This document shows positions 26,286 through 41,009 of a DNA stretch of 64,000 nucleotides, piece by piece. The stretch comes from Octopus sinensis (taxonomy: Eukaryota), in assembly GCF_006345805.1 (NCBI RefSeq), contig NC_042997.1, positions 65,162,001 through 65,226,000 of the forward strand, written 5' to 3'. A program made the translations under genes and the position numbers. Numbering within the stretch: position 1 is the stretch's first letter; every line of letters starts with the position of its first letter. Under the pieces are notes generated by a model. That model saw only the letters and a program-made list of their open reading frames with translations, was not told where the DNA came from and made no database searches.

Positions 26286-27185
26286 ATACTCTTCCAGCTA
26301 TTTTTATTTATTTTCTTTTTTTTTTGTTAATTTTTGTTTTCTTAAAATATTTTGTTACTTCTTTTAACCGTTAAATATTTAGAAGGTAGCAACGAATTTG
26401 AGTACAGATGTATACTCACACACCCACAGATGAATACACGCACACACACACACATACACACACACACACACACGCATACACACATAAATATATATACACA
26501 TACATTTAAGTTCCCTCAAGTGTTAACCCTAGGGTTTCCGTCTGTTCCAGGCTATCAGATATATGGTAATCCCAGATTTTATTATATCAAACATATCTGA
26601 AAATCCCAAAAATCTACACTAATAAGCAGAGTGAGCAAGTCCTTTTAATTCATTATTTACAATTGTTTTCTCATAAAGGGAGAACAAGTCATTTATCAGA
26701 TTATTATGCAATGATGTCTGCATTGGTAAGAGGTGTTTTAGACACAAACTATAAGTCCGATTCTTCGACAGTAGTTATTTGCTGTAGAAACTTGTGTTAG
26801 CGATAATATATACCTACATTGCGTTAGGTGTGTTTAAATGACAACTGTTACAATTTGCAAGCATGTAACAGTTGTAGCATGTAAAAAAATGTCCGTTAGA
26901 GTTCGACTGGCCAAGGAGGAGGATGAAGCGAAAAGAGAAAGAATAAAAGATAAAAGCAGGCAACAAAATGTTTTCTTTTTCGACACTATTATTATTTACA
27001 GTTTTAAATGTACTTCGTAGTTGTTTGTCTCCGTCCTATACAAATTAGACATCAACTGACGCAATAGGGCTTAGAAGACATTTAGTAGAGAATTCAGTAG
27101 TCACACGCACACGCGCCAGAAAAGCAAGATATTTCACTGACAGATATTTCATTTATATATGTAATAATGTATGCATGTGTATATG

Positions 27186-27237
<52 letters not shown>

Positions 27238-27285
27238 CGTGTATATATATGTATGTATGTATATATATGTGTATATATATGTATA

Positions 27286-27360
<75 letters not shown>

Positions 27361-30300
27361 ATGTATGTATATAGGCTTATATGTGTGTGTTGGGTGGCAT
27401 TGAAGAATTTTATAGCATCAGATAAGAATTATTATCGTAATGTATGGATTATTTAGGTCTCTGTTTGAAATATCCGCCGACGGCAACTTTAACTTTAATC
27501 ATCTCAGAGTAAATTGATAAAGAAAAATCCTGTACTTGGATCAGCTATTCTAATTCTGTTGATCATTTTAATGTCCTTCTGCAATCTTCTCCTTCTGGCA
27601 GCAAATGTCTTTAGTCGGACCTTAAGAGGAATCCGCTCCACCGGTTTGGAAATTGCCCAAGTTGTACCGGTCGTGGTGGTGTCGTATGTCATAGTCGAAC
27701 CTCTTTGGATCTAGCACGGAGGTACGTATCAACAGCACATATGTGTGTGTATTTGTGTGTGTGATTTTGTGCGTGTGTGTATGTGTATGTGATGGCTGCC
27801 ATCTCGTGTTCGAGTACTTTCATCGCATGATCGAAAATCCAACACATGCGATGGTTTTTAACCAGCCATTCTTGTGTTAGGCCTTACATTTTCCAAGAGA
27901 AGCGTGTGCATGATGACTTTTAATAGTGGGTAAAAGGATTTGCACATATCTAATGACACTCTCTCAATATTACAACACAAACCCAACAAGAAGAACTAGT
28001 CTACATCATCGAATATAGTCAGTGTCGCAGATTTTCTCTCGGAGTTTCCCTCTCCTGGAGAGATGTTATTACAACAACAGAGAGTCCTCCCACTCCCAGA
28101 GGGCAACTGTGCGCCTGGACACCCATTCAAGTATTTTCCACGTACCCGCCATTCCGTATATGCGTACATACACATATACCCATATATTGGATGGCCGTTA
28201 ACTGCTAATGTGACCAAAAGATAAGACAAAATGAGACGGACAAACAAGGATGAAGGAGAAATACAGAAATGCACATACGAAAATGGATAAAGTTCGAGAC
28301 GAGACTTAGTGGACAAAGGAGGCACAAAAAAGAACGAAATAAATAAACAGAATATGGCCTTCGGGCCAGATGAAGACAAAAAATAATAATACATAAACGA
28401 CAAAAATTATAATATATATATATACAACAAATGTGGAGTAACGCAAAGAAGTAATGAAAAATGTCCTAATGGAATAAACACAAGGGGAAGGCACAGCAAG
28501 GAACACAGAGAAATGTGACCATTCTGCTCGAAGGCATACTTGTGTGTGTTTGCTGTGTATATGTGTGCGCACACACACACATATATATATATATATTTGA
28601 AGGATAACTCAGCAGTTTAAATAGATTGCGATATCTGTTTTGTCTCTACGAGAAAACTGCTAATGATTTCATAGCTTTGCATTTATTGACGTCGTCAAAG
28701 TGTAAAGAAATATCTTCGCTTCCTTTTGTGGCTTAAACAATGACGCAGTAACGTAGAATCTTTGAAGCATACATATTTATTATTTTAACGTATAGATTAT
28801 GTTTTTAGGAATATGTGGTTTGTGAGGAGAATCAATATATAGTAGAATAAGTGAGTGAAGAATAGGAGGATATGCAGGAGAGCATTTATAGTGTGGCAGT
28901 AGAAAAGAAAAGGGGAGGAAATTAGGCATTTGTCTGGCTGAACAGTTTATATTAGCTTTGCTGGACATACGTATTTGTCTTCCAATTGTTTGGGAGCACA
29001 CTTTAAAATCATGGCATGGTCACCTTTTGTTCAAATATTGTGTCAAAGCAAATCGGTAAATTTCTCTTATTCGCTCCCATTTTCTCGTTTTCCTCTCATT
29101 AACTTACTTTTCAGTTAACCAGAATAAAGTTTAGTGTATTGTTCGTTTCAGTCTGAGTATAAAAAGAAAATGGAAGTAAGAAAACAGTTCATCGCTCTCT
29201 CCACGCTACTGTAAAACGACAAACAAAAATTGGATGATTTCGTTTATTACAGTAAAATAAAATTACTCATGTGTTTGTAGTCATTCTAAAGATAATGCAC
29301 ATAGTTATTCACTCCCTTATGTTGGTTATCTGACATTTCGTAAACTTCAAATCTCAACTGAACTGAAATATAACTTTAAATATTTTTGCTTTTTTTTTGT
29401 AGAGCTTTACGTAAGTTCTTTTTTTTTTTCATTTTTAAATTTGATGTGACATTGTGTTGCCTGAGAAACGAGGTGCATAGAAGAGGGAAGATGGGTGAAA
29501 GAGTCATTAGTTTACAATATATTATACATAGCCCATTTGGAATGTTGGTAGCCCTAAATATACCCCACGATGTATCGATCATACATATAGACAAATCTCT
29601 ATGTGGGTAAAAGGAGGATGTACGTTAAAGAGAAGATGACGCAGAGACCTAAGGTGGAGAAGGTGAAAGCACGATTAACGTTTAGGCAGAAGAATTTTCA
29701 GCTCTTCTTGATCCGTCGACATGTTTCTTTTGCATAATTCTGGAAGGGTTTAGGTGAAATATCACAATAATAGAGCAATTCAAAATATATATGTCAAACA
29801 TAATATCACATAGAAGAAAACAATACATCACTCTCGTTCCGCCAATACATTTTATATACATTCTTTCTTTATTCAGCAACATTCCGATCCAAATACACAA
29901 CTTTAATGTTTATAAAAAATATAATACCATGAATATTTTAAGTAAGCGATTGAAATTGTACTTCAAACATGTTGAATAAATGTTCATGCTATCTGGTAAC
30001 TATTGCTTTCAATGCTTCGAATACAATTGTAGTAAGATGGCAGCCTCATACGTCTGATAGAACCTACTCTCTCCTATATTAAGTAATTTTCAATCAAGAA
30101 ATGAACAGCATTATTCCTCACTATATATAGTACATAGCCCACTTGGGATGTCGATACCCTTAACTATCATTCGAGAAAGTCATATCCATTATACACAGAG
30201 AAACGTATATATCACAACATCTGAAATTCAGGTATGTGACTAATAAAATGTCTTCTCGGTGTGAACAAATCAATAACACATTTATAAAGATAAAGTGTGA

Positions 30301-30691
30301 GTCACAGAAACGACTTTTATTTCATGAGGCGAAGAGAGAAAATATGTCATCGAACATTTTATATAACAGAAAGATATATGCTATATTATTAGCATTATTC
30401 TGCGACTGAGAATAAAATTATTTCCTTATCTGTATCCTTCAAAACATCTCAACGCTTTTAAAGCAAACTTTGTTGACTCTCAACATAAGCTCAATATATA
30501 TAATAGAGTTTTAGTCTTCGCTTATAACTATATCTTTTACGTGTATTTCTATTTTCATATTTCCTGTATTGCATAAGAGGGTATTCTAGCAATATCAGAG
30601 TTTTAAATATTTAAAATTTCAACCAAATGTATAAAAGCTTTATCTGAACCCTTGTTTATATTAACTGCGAAGTATTCTAACAATAATTAAA

Positions 30692-30930
30692 ATAATCCTT
30701 TCTACAATGGGCACAACGCCCAAATATTTGCCCCTGGAGGGAGAGGGAGACAAGGACACAACTAAATTACATCTACTCCAATGCGCGAGTGATACTTATT
30801 TCAGCGACTTCGATGTCGGGATGAAAGACAAAGTCGATTTCGGTTGCATTCGAAATCAGAACGCAAAAACGGATGAAATGCTGCTAAACATTTTGTCTGC
30901 TGTGCAAAGAATTTCACCAGTTCTCCGCCT
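30692..30930 (-). mobile_element. Diverged tRNA-derived SINE (family of 5430-5940)
   Basis: GGATGAAAGACAAAGTCGATTTCGG...CGAAATCAGAACG...GAAATGCTGCTAAACATTTTG matches ~5829-5905. Confidence 0.7.
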
Positions 30931-33014
30931 GATATTAATTAAGATAATAACGCTTAGGCCAAGTCATGCAACAAAGTCATATATGTTTTGCTTCCACTTC
31001 CTCTGACAAAGCTACGAAAATTATTAAATCATAAAAGTAGTCCTGATAAAAATTCAACAAGTGCGTATGTTAGTTTCGTTTATATTTCGTTTGTATTTTT
31101 TTAAATAGCATTCAGTTTTGGATAAATTGAAGTAAGTTATTGAAAGAGAATGGTAAAATTTTGCTCCTGGAAACCTATCGGCATAAATCTAATATCGAGT
31201 GAAAAAAAATCTAATATCCGGCACAATATCAAAACCTTAGTAGAAATTGAAGAGACTGAATATTGTGTGCTAAAATGTATATTGATGAAAATTTATAAAT
31301 TTGTATTTGTTCTGTTTTTGTTGTCTAGTGATTTTTAGGGTTTCCTTTTTGTTTTTAGTTTTATCTTGAAATTTTTTTCACGAAGCTGCTTTCATATCTT
31401 CTCAATGCCTTGAATATGTAAATTGCCAACAACATTTTACCTACCATAATTTCATTATGCTTTTAGCAAGTGCCTTTGAGATACTGTTATGCAGAGAAAT
31501 GATTAAATAAGCTTAACATGTTTCAAATCCTTATCTTGCAGATATTTTATATATTCAACGCCTTCCTAATATCAAACAATATGAAGAAGCCATTACAGGA
31601 TGGCTTTACCTATTAGAAATAGTAGCTGTATTTTCTTGCTTTAAAATAAATTGAAATTTACGATAGATAATGTAGTCTAGCGTCAGCTTGCCAGAAAGAT
31701 CCCGTGGTCACGGGAAGTTTGCCTTTGATCGTAAATTTTGATCATTACTTTTCTGAGGTAAACGATAACATCCAACAAGAAAAAAATCATGTATTTTAAT
31801 GATAATACTTAAAATAGTTCAATATACTTTATGCCGTCACGAAAATGTCTCATGTTTCTCACTGAACTGATTGTCGAAGAGAAAAGAAATGAAGATATAT
31901 CTTTTTAGAGAATAAAATTCATTCAACCGACAATACTATTATAAGAACATCACAAGTTGACATGAATTCTGTTATTTCAATGGACTTTGATTGCTGAGTC
32001 ATTTCAATATGGAACATTAAATGGGAAATGGAAACATGTTCTAGAGGGTTGTACTGTTGATCACTGATTCAATCAGGTCAAGGTTACAAGCAGAATATGT
32101 CTGCCGAAGTTTCAACCACAGTATCATTTCTGTGATGCTTTGTATATTGCATAAATCCCCCAATATTAAAAAGAAGGAAACTGTTCTATTCATACGGCCC
32201 TAGTACATAATTTGATTTGTATATATTTAAACTTGTTTCAAATCTCTCATATTCAAACTTAGTATTAAGAATAAAACACTCTGGGTAGTGCCGTCCTAGA
32301 TACACCATGCTTGAATAAAGGCTAAGAAGTCCTAAACTTGAACATTTGGAATGACCTTATAACAAGAATTTATAATGGGAGGTGTAAGTAACTATTTCTC
32401 ATTCACATATGTATTATAGTAAGCTGAAAAACGTGCAATTTACTATATTCTCTACATGTTTTCCTGCTGTTTTTCTATCTGGTATATAGAAAGTTCCGCC
32501 GTGATATTTTCCCTCAATCATATTTTGGAAGACAAATACCATGATATATACCGAAATTCTCAAAATACCTCAACTGAAATCTCATGTACATATTATGTGA
32601 TCACAACGTTCTGGCCGTAGTTTTTTTGTCTTTTTACGGTTCATTTAGGGCCTTCATTAGAGTTGGAAATTTGGTTAAATATGTGTAATTTTCCCCATCT
32701 GTTGAAGATATCATGTGTCACAGGCAAGAAATGATGGAGTTACTTATCCACATTGTTCATTTCTTTATGATATTCTTCTAGAGTTCAGAACATTAAAATG
32801 AATATCGAAATGAAAAATGATTCACGATGTTTATATTTTAATCATATCAATTTTCGAGTCCATTGCTGTAGGAATCATATAAATTGAAAGTTGGTGCATA
32901 ATGTCATTTTTGTGAAAATCCTGACAGAGTAAAGTTGGCACTGGTAATTTAAAACACTCGCAAATTAAGTTACTACAAGTATAAATCACAAGAATCTAAG
33001 GCAATACTTTCTGT

Positions 33015-34091
33015 TACGACGGGGCTGAACTGAAAAGTTCATAGGTGACTATGAAGGAATCGTGCTAGGGCTGTGAAGTCTTGCTGCATTAATTTCAACA
33101 CGTCTTTTTAATAATTACATTGTTTCTTTACAGGTAAACTGACACATGACTGTTCAAACATGGCTTCAAAAGTAATTAGTAGAGCCTTCCCTTGAAATTG
33201 GACAAAATCTGCCATCGTCGTGTTATCAAGTACCTTCAGCAAAATGGTTTAGCTACCAAGGATATCCATGTTAATATACTAGCTACATAATATAGCCAGT
33301 ATTACGCTCGAACTTTATCAATAGGTCAAAGTGAGCAGCTGATTTTAGGAGGGGAAGGAGGGGAAGGTGGGGACTTGAAGACGATTCAAGGGATGGATGT
33401 CTTACAACTCCCATCACCGAGGAAAACATTGTGTTTACCACATGTTGAGGGACGCAGGCCATTGACTATAAACCAAATAGTCAATGCTATTAACATATCC
33501 CGTGAGAGAGTTGAGAATTGTCTGTCCCATATACTTGGCGCGAGGAAGGTTTCTCCTTGGTGACTGTCGCGTCTTCTGGCACCTGATCAAAAGCGCAGCA
33601 GGCTGATCACATCATGGGAAAATCTGATATTGTCTGAGACAGATCCAGCTGGCTTCCTTGAAATTTCATCTAATTCAGGATGAATATCGGGTTGATGTCA
33701 TAGAACTAGAGACAAAGAGATAATCCATGTAGTAGATACACCCCCACTTACCTGCTCCAAAGAAGGCCAAGCTCGTTTCTTCAGCAAGGAGGCCATGACC
33801 TCAGTCTTTGAGGATATAAAAAGCATGGTGTTTATTGACTACCTTCAAAAGGACCACGCCATCTACGGAGAGCACACTGCCAACTGGGAACAAGTATCAC
33901 AGGGATAATGATGCCATATCTGTTGTTGACGTTTTTACCAACATAGTGAAAGCTTCTTCAATATTAGGTTCCAAGCACCACTGATGGAAAATGTGTGTGA
34001 ACCGTAGGGGAGACTATATCGAAAAATAGACCTCATTTACTCACATTCCATGCGAGTATCTTGGTCTGCCTATTAACATTTCTGCCAGTCT
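33015..34091 (+). mobile_element. Decayed, internally deleted mariner transposon
   Basis: TIR-like start TACGACGGGGCTGAACTGAAAAGTTC; remnants DKICHRRVIKYL, LTINQIVNAINISRERVENCLSHILGARKVSPW*LSRLL, PAPKKAK, MVFIDYLQK; most of the catalytic domain is missing. Confidence 0.85.
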
Positions 34092-34971
34092 TTTTATTTG
34101 GAAACCAGCACATATTACGAAACTAATGTCTCCAGAATAGTATGATTAATTTAAGTGCCTTCTTTGTTCTCTTGTGAAAAATATTATTTTTAGGTGTTAT
34201 GAGTAGTTTAGTATAAAAAATAGAAATGATTTATACCTACTCAGTTTATAAGAATTATTTAAGGATTGTGGCAATAATATTTATTAATATTTGCAGTGGA
34301 ATTGAGTCACTGAAAGAGAAAATAAACAACGTATTGCATTATATGTGTTTTATCATTAGTCGAAATGCCTTCAATTTACTTTCATGATTTTGTTCATGAT
34401 TTTGTGGAGGATATTAATATAACAACACCTACATCAGATGCTATGCGGTATTCGTCTCAGGTAATATAGTAAAATATAATCTAAAGAACAATTATATTGT
34501 TTCTCACGACAAAAAGATTATTTCAACTCATTTCGTACCGAATCATTAAGAAAGCAACATGTAGCAAATCCTTCAGAAATGCATAGAAAAAGTGATTTCA
34601 ATTAATTTACTTTCAAAGCCACGTATTCAGCGTCAGGTTACTCGTCTTACAATATGTACTTAATCAGAAGAAACGAGTGTTTTATTGTCAGAAAGCTTGC
34701 AGATGCGAGTGTAATTATAAAAGCCGGGTATACATTTTTTGTTCGTTGTGGCTCAGGCAAACAAATACATTGTCTGATGTGTGAGTATGTGTTTGTTAGA
34801 TAAAATACGACAACAAAGCCATGGCAGCGTGAAATTTCTAGGCTATTTGTAAAGAGAAAGGTAGTCTTACAGCTAACGAGAATACTAATACCCTGACCTC
34901 GACCACAAATACTGGCAGGATACATAATAACGACAATAGAAATAATAATAATAATAATGATAATAATAATG

Positions 34972-35060
<89 letters not shown>

Positions 35061-35069
35061 GTAATAATA

Positions 35070-35269
35070 CAGGAGGCAAAATCTACCCCCATATCAAACC
35101 TGTCCCTAAACAGTATTACTTCCCCCATTGCTGATAATAATTCCCACGGTGCACTACCATGTAACTGCTGCCCGGGACCACTTGCCCTCTAACGTAATTT
35201 ACAAATGCCCTATCCTCAACACGCTACACAACTTTACAAACATATATATATATATATATATACATATAT

Positions 35270-35358
<89 letters not shown>

Positions 35359-35700
35359 CAACTATAAAATTTAAACAGAAATACGCTGCACATGTCAAAT
35401 ATTTTAGATATGTGCAACACAGTAGATTCACCTCGATTCAGGGTTTCCATACCAGAGTCAACGCTCAGCCTGTAAAGTATGCGTAAATGAGGCATTCAAC
35501 ATGTTAAAACATAAATCTACACTACTGCCAAATAAGCATAACGAGGTCCTAGGTACATGCAACCACCTTTTTCTTCATACCTTCGAATTTTACCACATGC
35601 AGCCTAAATCACCACACAGTACATATACAGAATACTCCTTAGGTAGCCTCCAACAACGTTATTTGAGTTTGCAATATCTTAATTTTTTTTTAATTCATCA
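35070..35700 (+). mobile_element. Penelope-like GIY-YIG remnant with a TA expansion at the YIG motif
   Basis: PCNC...[17 protein letters not shown]-[113-nt TA run][13 protein letters not shown]...[22 protein letters not shown]...NKHNEVLGTCNH. Confidence 0.85.
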
Positions 35701-35737
35701 ATCGTTTAATAATATGCATAAATACACACACATATAT

Positions 35738-36130
35738 ACAAGGTGCCTAAGATATTTGAGGACATACATTTTTGGGGTCATTGCTGCATTTTTTTATAAC
35801 ACTATATAATCTTTGTTTCAGAAAATAATAACGGCAGATGATCAGCTTACTCAAGAAATGAAGAGGCATGCTGTTTTGGTGGTTAGAAATGTCGCAATTT
35901 TTAAAAGTTACCAGATCTTTCGTCTACAAAGTTTGTAAGGAGTTAGGGGCTGAAGATGGAAACCTAGCACCAGTACCAAAGCATAAAAAGCATTCCAAAG
36001 GCTCTAAAATCATCAGAACACTTAAATTTATCCAGCAAGTTCAATAGACCATTGATCACAATCCCAGAAAGACCATGCGGTCAATTGCAAAAGATGTAAA
36101 TCTGTCAGAGGGAATAGTCGGAAATATGGC
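35738..36130 (+). mobile_element. 5' fragment of a Tc1/mariner (maT/DD37D-like) transposon
   Basis: TA|CAAGGTG start; N-terminal HTH remnant FLKVTRSFVYKVCKEL...IDHNPRKTMRSIAKDVNLSEG. Confidence 0.7.
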
Positions 36131-36455
36131 GTAAATTTTCAGAGTAACACCCGCAAGATTTTCACTAAGAAAAAAAAATCGAATTTTGTGCATGGAATGA
36201 AGTACTCTGACATCCTAATATTCTGCAAATCCCATATTTTGGTTCGCAAAAAGTGTGGTCGAAAGGGTGTAGAGGATCCCCCCCGTCCCAGATTCACTGG
36301 AAAATTTCTTTTTCGTTGAATGAATTCCTGAGACATCCTAATATGCTACAAAACTCTTTGGTGGGGTTCGAAAATCTGAGGGAGGTGAGGTGGAAGCGTC
36401 GGAAATTTCACCCACATAGCCATACGTACTTTTTGGGTTTTGTGAATACCAAATC

Positions 36456-36524
<69 letters not shown>

Positions 36525-38581
36525 CATGTATGTATGTATGTATTCTATATGTGTATGTATAAAAATTGTGCTTGTATTTATCTATTGAAGAAACATAATC
36601 AAGAGCGGAATATTTTCTAACTTATCCAGCAACACCGAATCAATGTACTAGGAGAACGGAAAAATTATTTGTACAAAATAGCATATCATTTTGAAAAATT
36701 GACCTACCTGTCTAGATGATAGACAGGAACACAACTGTTTAACATGGAGGATTTCAAAGCGCGAAGATAATGCCATGAAATATATTGAAGTCACTTCATC
36801 TGATAGAAATAGAAGTAAATTGTTCATTGGCTATCTGGTGTGAATTTGTAATGATCATTTAAGCAAATTTAGGCTTTGAAAATATTCACATATATTTTTG
36901 ACCTAAGGATGAAGGAAAGAGCAAAGTATTTTGTAGGACTTCTTAGTCTTATGATATAATACTATTGACAACCTAGAAGGAAGCTGGTGAAAAATACGAA
37001 TACATGTTGTTTTTGCTGAAGATGATAACCAACAGGAATGTTCAGAGGGAAAAACGGTAGTAAGAGTGAGGGGGCATCAGAATGAGAATGCAGTTAGTCA
37101 TCTATAAATATTGTGTATATCTGACTAAAAATGGCTACATGAATACTCTATATATAACGATCGCGTCGCTTGGTCTTTTAGTGATACATGACGTTGAAGA
37201 ATAATGATACACATAATATCGTTTGTAAAATAAATCGTAGGGCAATGTAAGTATGGATATACCAATATGTCAAAAATAAGTATAAAAATACAAAGATTGA
37301 TAATTTCGATTTTCTTCAGTTTTTAGTGTCAAGATGAAATATTATCATAAAATTGTTTACCTGCAAGAAAAATGGAAATTATATTTGAAAACCAAAATCG
37401 AACAGGAATGCAAAACGAAGCATTCTGAATTTCAGTTTTTAAATTCTGATCAAAATATCACTCCGAGCATGGGTTTTGATTTTTTTTTTATGATTCATGA
37501 CCTCTATATCGATTTGGAGTCGTCAAAACGTATTACTCTGCACTTTCAGGCAGTAACAATAACTGCTAAAAATAAAACTAGATTAAAAATAGAAGCTGAA
37601 AAATAAAAGTATAATTGTGTTTGAAAATACCGATCATTTTAATGAGTTTTTTAATGCATATTATATTTTATAATGCAATTTGCAAAGGAAAAAATGAAAG
37701 ACGCAGCGCATGATACATGCGATGTACGAGACAATGAAAAGAGAACATTTAAAACAGAACATTTTTAAAGGAATTAGCTGATGTTAAGAATATGGCAGAA
37801 TCTAATCTTAAGCCCCATTCTTCCATGAAGTGATAGAAACAATAGAAAAATAATGCTTCGTTAACTGAGCATGATGCATATGAGATTAAAGAGGGAAGAT
37901 GATACGTTAATGCATTTTCCACATGGATTTATTGCAATAAGTGAACCCATTGCAGAGGTAAATTAGAACTAGGATCTATTCACTTAGAACCATGCTAACC
38001 AGAAGTTATGGCTGTTAAAGTATGTCGGTAGGAGGAACAGTCTCTGAAGTAATGATGATAAAGTTAAAGATTTTCTGCTGTCCGTAAAGGATCAAACATT
38101 GCTTATGAGAATGGAAATAAATGTTAACATCGCAAGTGTGTATCTATTGTTCAAATGTCGAAACAGATTCAGACACCAAGACAGATATGCGTAAGTACAT
38201 GTGGGTTTACACTTAGAAACATCCGTACACATACATACATGCATTCATACATACATGCATACAGACACATATTACATACAGAAATATAAGAATTACAGTC
38301 CGTCTCTTTATCGAAACTGCTTTCAGGAAAGTTTGCTACATCTGTCGGAAGTTAATAAAACTGAACGTTATCTCTGAAGCTGATGCAATAAAAGCAGGCT
38401 GAGTGAGCATCATTCAAAGTCACCACATTGTTCACAATTTCGTCTCTAAATATTTCATCGAATAGGTGGTGGTAGTAGGAAAAGTGAGTTAAAAGTATCG
38501 CAGTATTAAGTTACACGCACTTACCATCTCTACTGAAAATCTTGTTAAGGAAAAGGCGAAGCAATATAATTTCTGCAGCGA

Positions 38582-38625
<44 letters not shown>

Positions 38626-40823
38626 ATCTCACCTTTTTTAAGTATATGAAGAACATTACATAATGCTCTTTTATCATTTTTCTTTTTGTTTGAGGCGGTG
38701 GTTTATGATTTGAAAGTGATTTGGTTACCATTTCTAACCAGTTCAGCAACCATGTAGAAACTGCCTCCTTTTTTTATAAGAGGCGGTAATACATTTATGC
38801 CATTTTCATAGACTACCTTTTGCTTGTACGCGGGTTTAAGAAAACAAAATTCTCTTGCATATCATCTATTTTTCTTCATTTTATCCTATGACGTATTTAA
38901 TTGTGCAATCAACAAAAGGATGAAAGAAAGGACATTTATATCACAATAGATTATAAGCATTTTAGCATTCGCTCTTATCTCACATATATATATAAATAGA
39001 ACAGACATTGCATAATAGTAATACTCTCCGGGAAAGTTGTGTTTACAAAGCATTTAATAATTAATTGCTTTATATTCATGTATTTCTAGTTAAGTCCATT
39101 TATTGGTTAAGTCTAGTTACATAAGAGGACATTTACCTTCGGCAATGTTCAATGCGATCGAACCCTGAACTACAGGTTTGCGAACGTAATATGTACACCA
39201 TCGTATATGTTTCTTTTTGACTCCATATTTCCCGTTTCATATTGCGGAAACTGGGAACGCTCACTCGCAGAGACTATTTCATATCTTTGGAGTGGAACAA
39301 AACGTTAAGACGACGACAGAAAGGCTTTAAAAAGCACAACCGTTCTAAACACGTTGATATGTGGTTATATAATGTATGATCAGAACCATTCTAGTCTGTC
39401 ATTTTATGATCCTATTAGTGTACATTCAATATCCATGGAGTTTCTGAAATGAAGAATTGGGTAACATATGATTTTAGGAAAATTTGGCTGATATTTCTAA
39501 CAGCCCAAGCGACCAGGTCGATATCCTTCCCATTTATTATACCATTGGGAGAATATGACAAACAATACTATTGTAGGGAATAGACACTTTACTACTTTTC
39601 TTCAATGTTTCTCATGAAAAATTACAATTAAAGATAGCCTGTGTTGATTTAAAATGTATTAAATAAAACTGAATGATAGCTAGTCTATGATACTTATAAC
39701 TTTCTATGATACTTATTGTCTTTTAAATTTTATCACACATATGTATTAATATATTCATTGGTAAGCATCTTAGATGATGAAATAAAATGCTTACAAAGAT
39801 ATTCGTTGGAATGTTAGATGTATTTTGTTTTCCAATTTTTTATGATATTTTATTCATGGTGTTTTACTAAATGTAATGAATTGTAGTCGTTTCTTGCCAA
39901 ATAATACGTGTTTTATTGCGTTGACAAATTTCCAATTTCGTGTTTACAATGAGTGATGAGGCTAGCAATTTACGTTCCGTTTATTTTTACACAGAAACAT
40001 TTGTCACTCAACAATTTCCGAAATATGTAGTGATAGATGGTAAAAATAAGAATGAATATAGTTGCAAACGTAGATTAGGCTTCTGCGAGGCTATAGCTAC
40101 GTGGTTAAAAAGTTTGAATGGAAAACATTTGTTACCAGCTTTCTACTGTGGCTGGATTTTTCTAATAACAGGCGAGTACAAATTCAAAGGTATTAAATTA
40201 ACATTTAATTAACATATGTTATATGCATGTATGCGTCATTTCATCCATCTATCTATACATATGTAATGGAAATACAATGAACAGTAAAAGCAGCAACATG
40301 GGTGATGCAAGATTTTAGCTTCACATTTTCAAGGAGGAAGAAACTTTTATAACGTTTGGGCACTTAGTCGTTCGTCACGGAAAATAGTGTAGAGGTAGTT
40401 AAAACTAGAAACAAAAGCACAAAATAAAAATACAAAAATAAAAGTGATTATGATTGAGTTATAATAGAGTCAGAAAGCTTTCCTATGGTAGAAGAGAGGG
40501 GTGGGTGTAGATATGCTGGTATAACAGCATATTCATGTCTTGAACCAATCATAAAAGGATGAAAGAAAAGACATTTATATCACAATAGATTATAAGCAGG
40601 TTAGTAGGCATGTGGAATACTGATATGTGTATAAACTTGAAACGGGTGTTGAGAAAGTGTGTGAGGGGAAAATAATGTTGGTGATGGAAACAGGATGGTG
40701 TGAGGAATATGGAATTCATGATAAATGTGTATGGATGTGTATGACTATAAAATTTTTTTTACAGGGAAGAAAGTTTTATGCAACAATATGAAGAGATAAA
40801 AATAGGGAAACTATGAATTTTGT

Positions 40824-40977
40824 GCGCAGGTGTTGTAAGAAAGTTTACTTCCTAACCACATGGTTCCGGGTTCAATCCCACTGCGTGGCCCATTGTGCAA
40901 GCGTCTTCGTCTTATAGCCTCGGGTCGACCAAACAATTGTGAATGAATTTTGGCAGACGGAAACTGAAAGACCATCG

Positions 40978-41009
<32 letters not shown>

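Noticed and set aside
28780-29050. Possible PLE C-terminal remnant (YLNKR...LKCAPK) on the minus strand
   Set aside because: Too short and degenerate to support.
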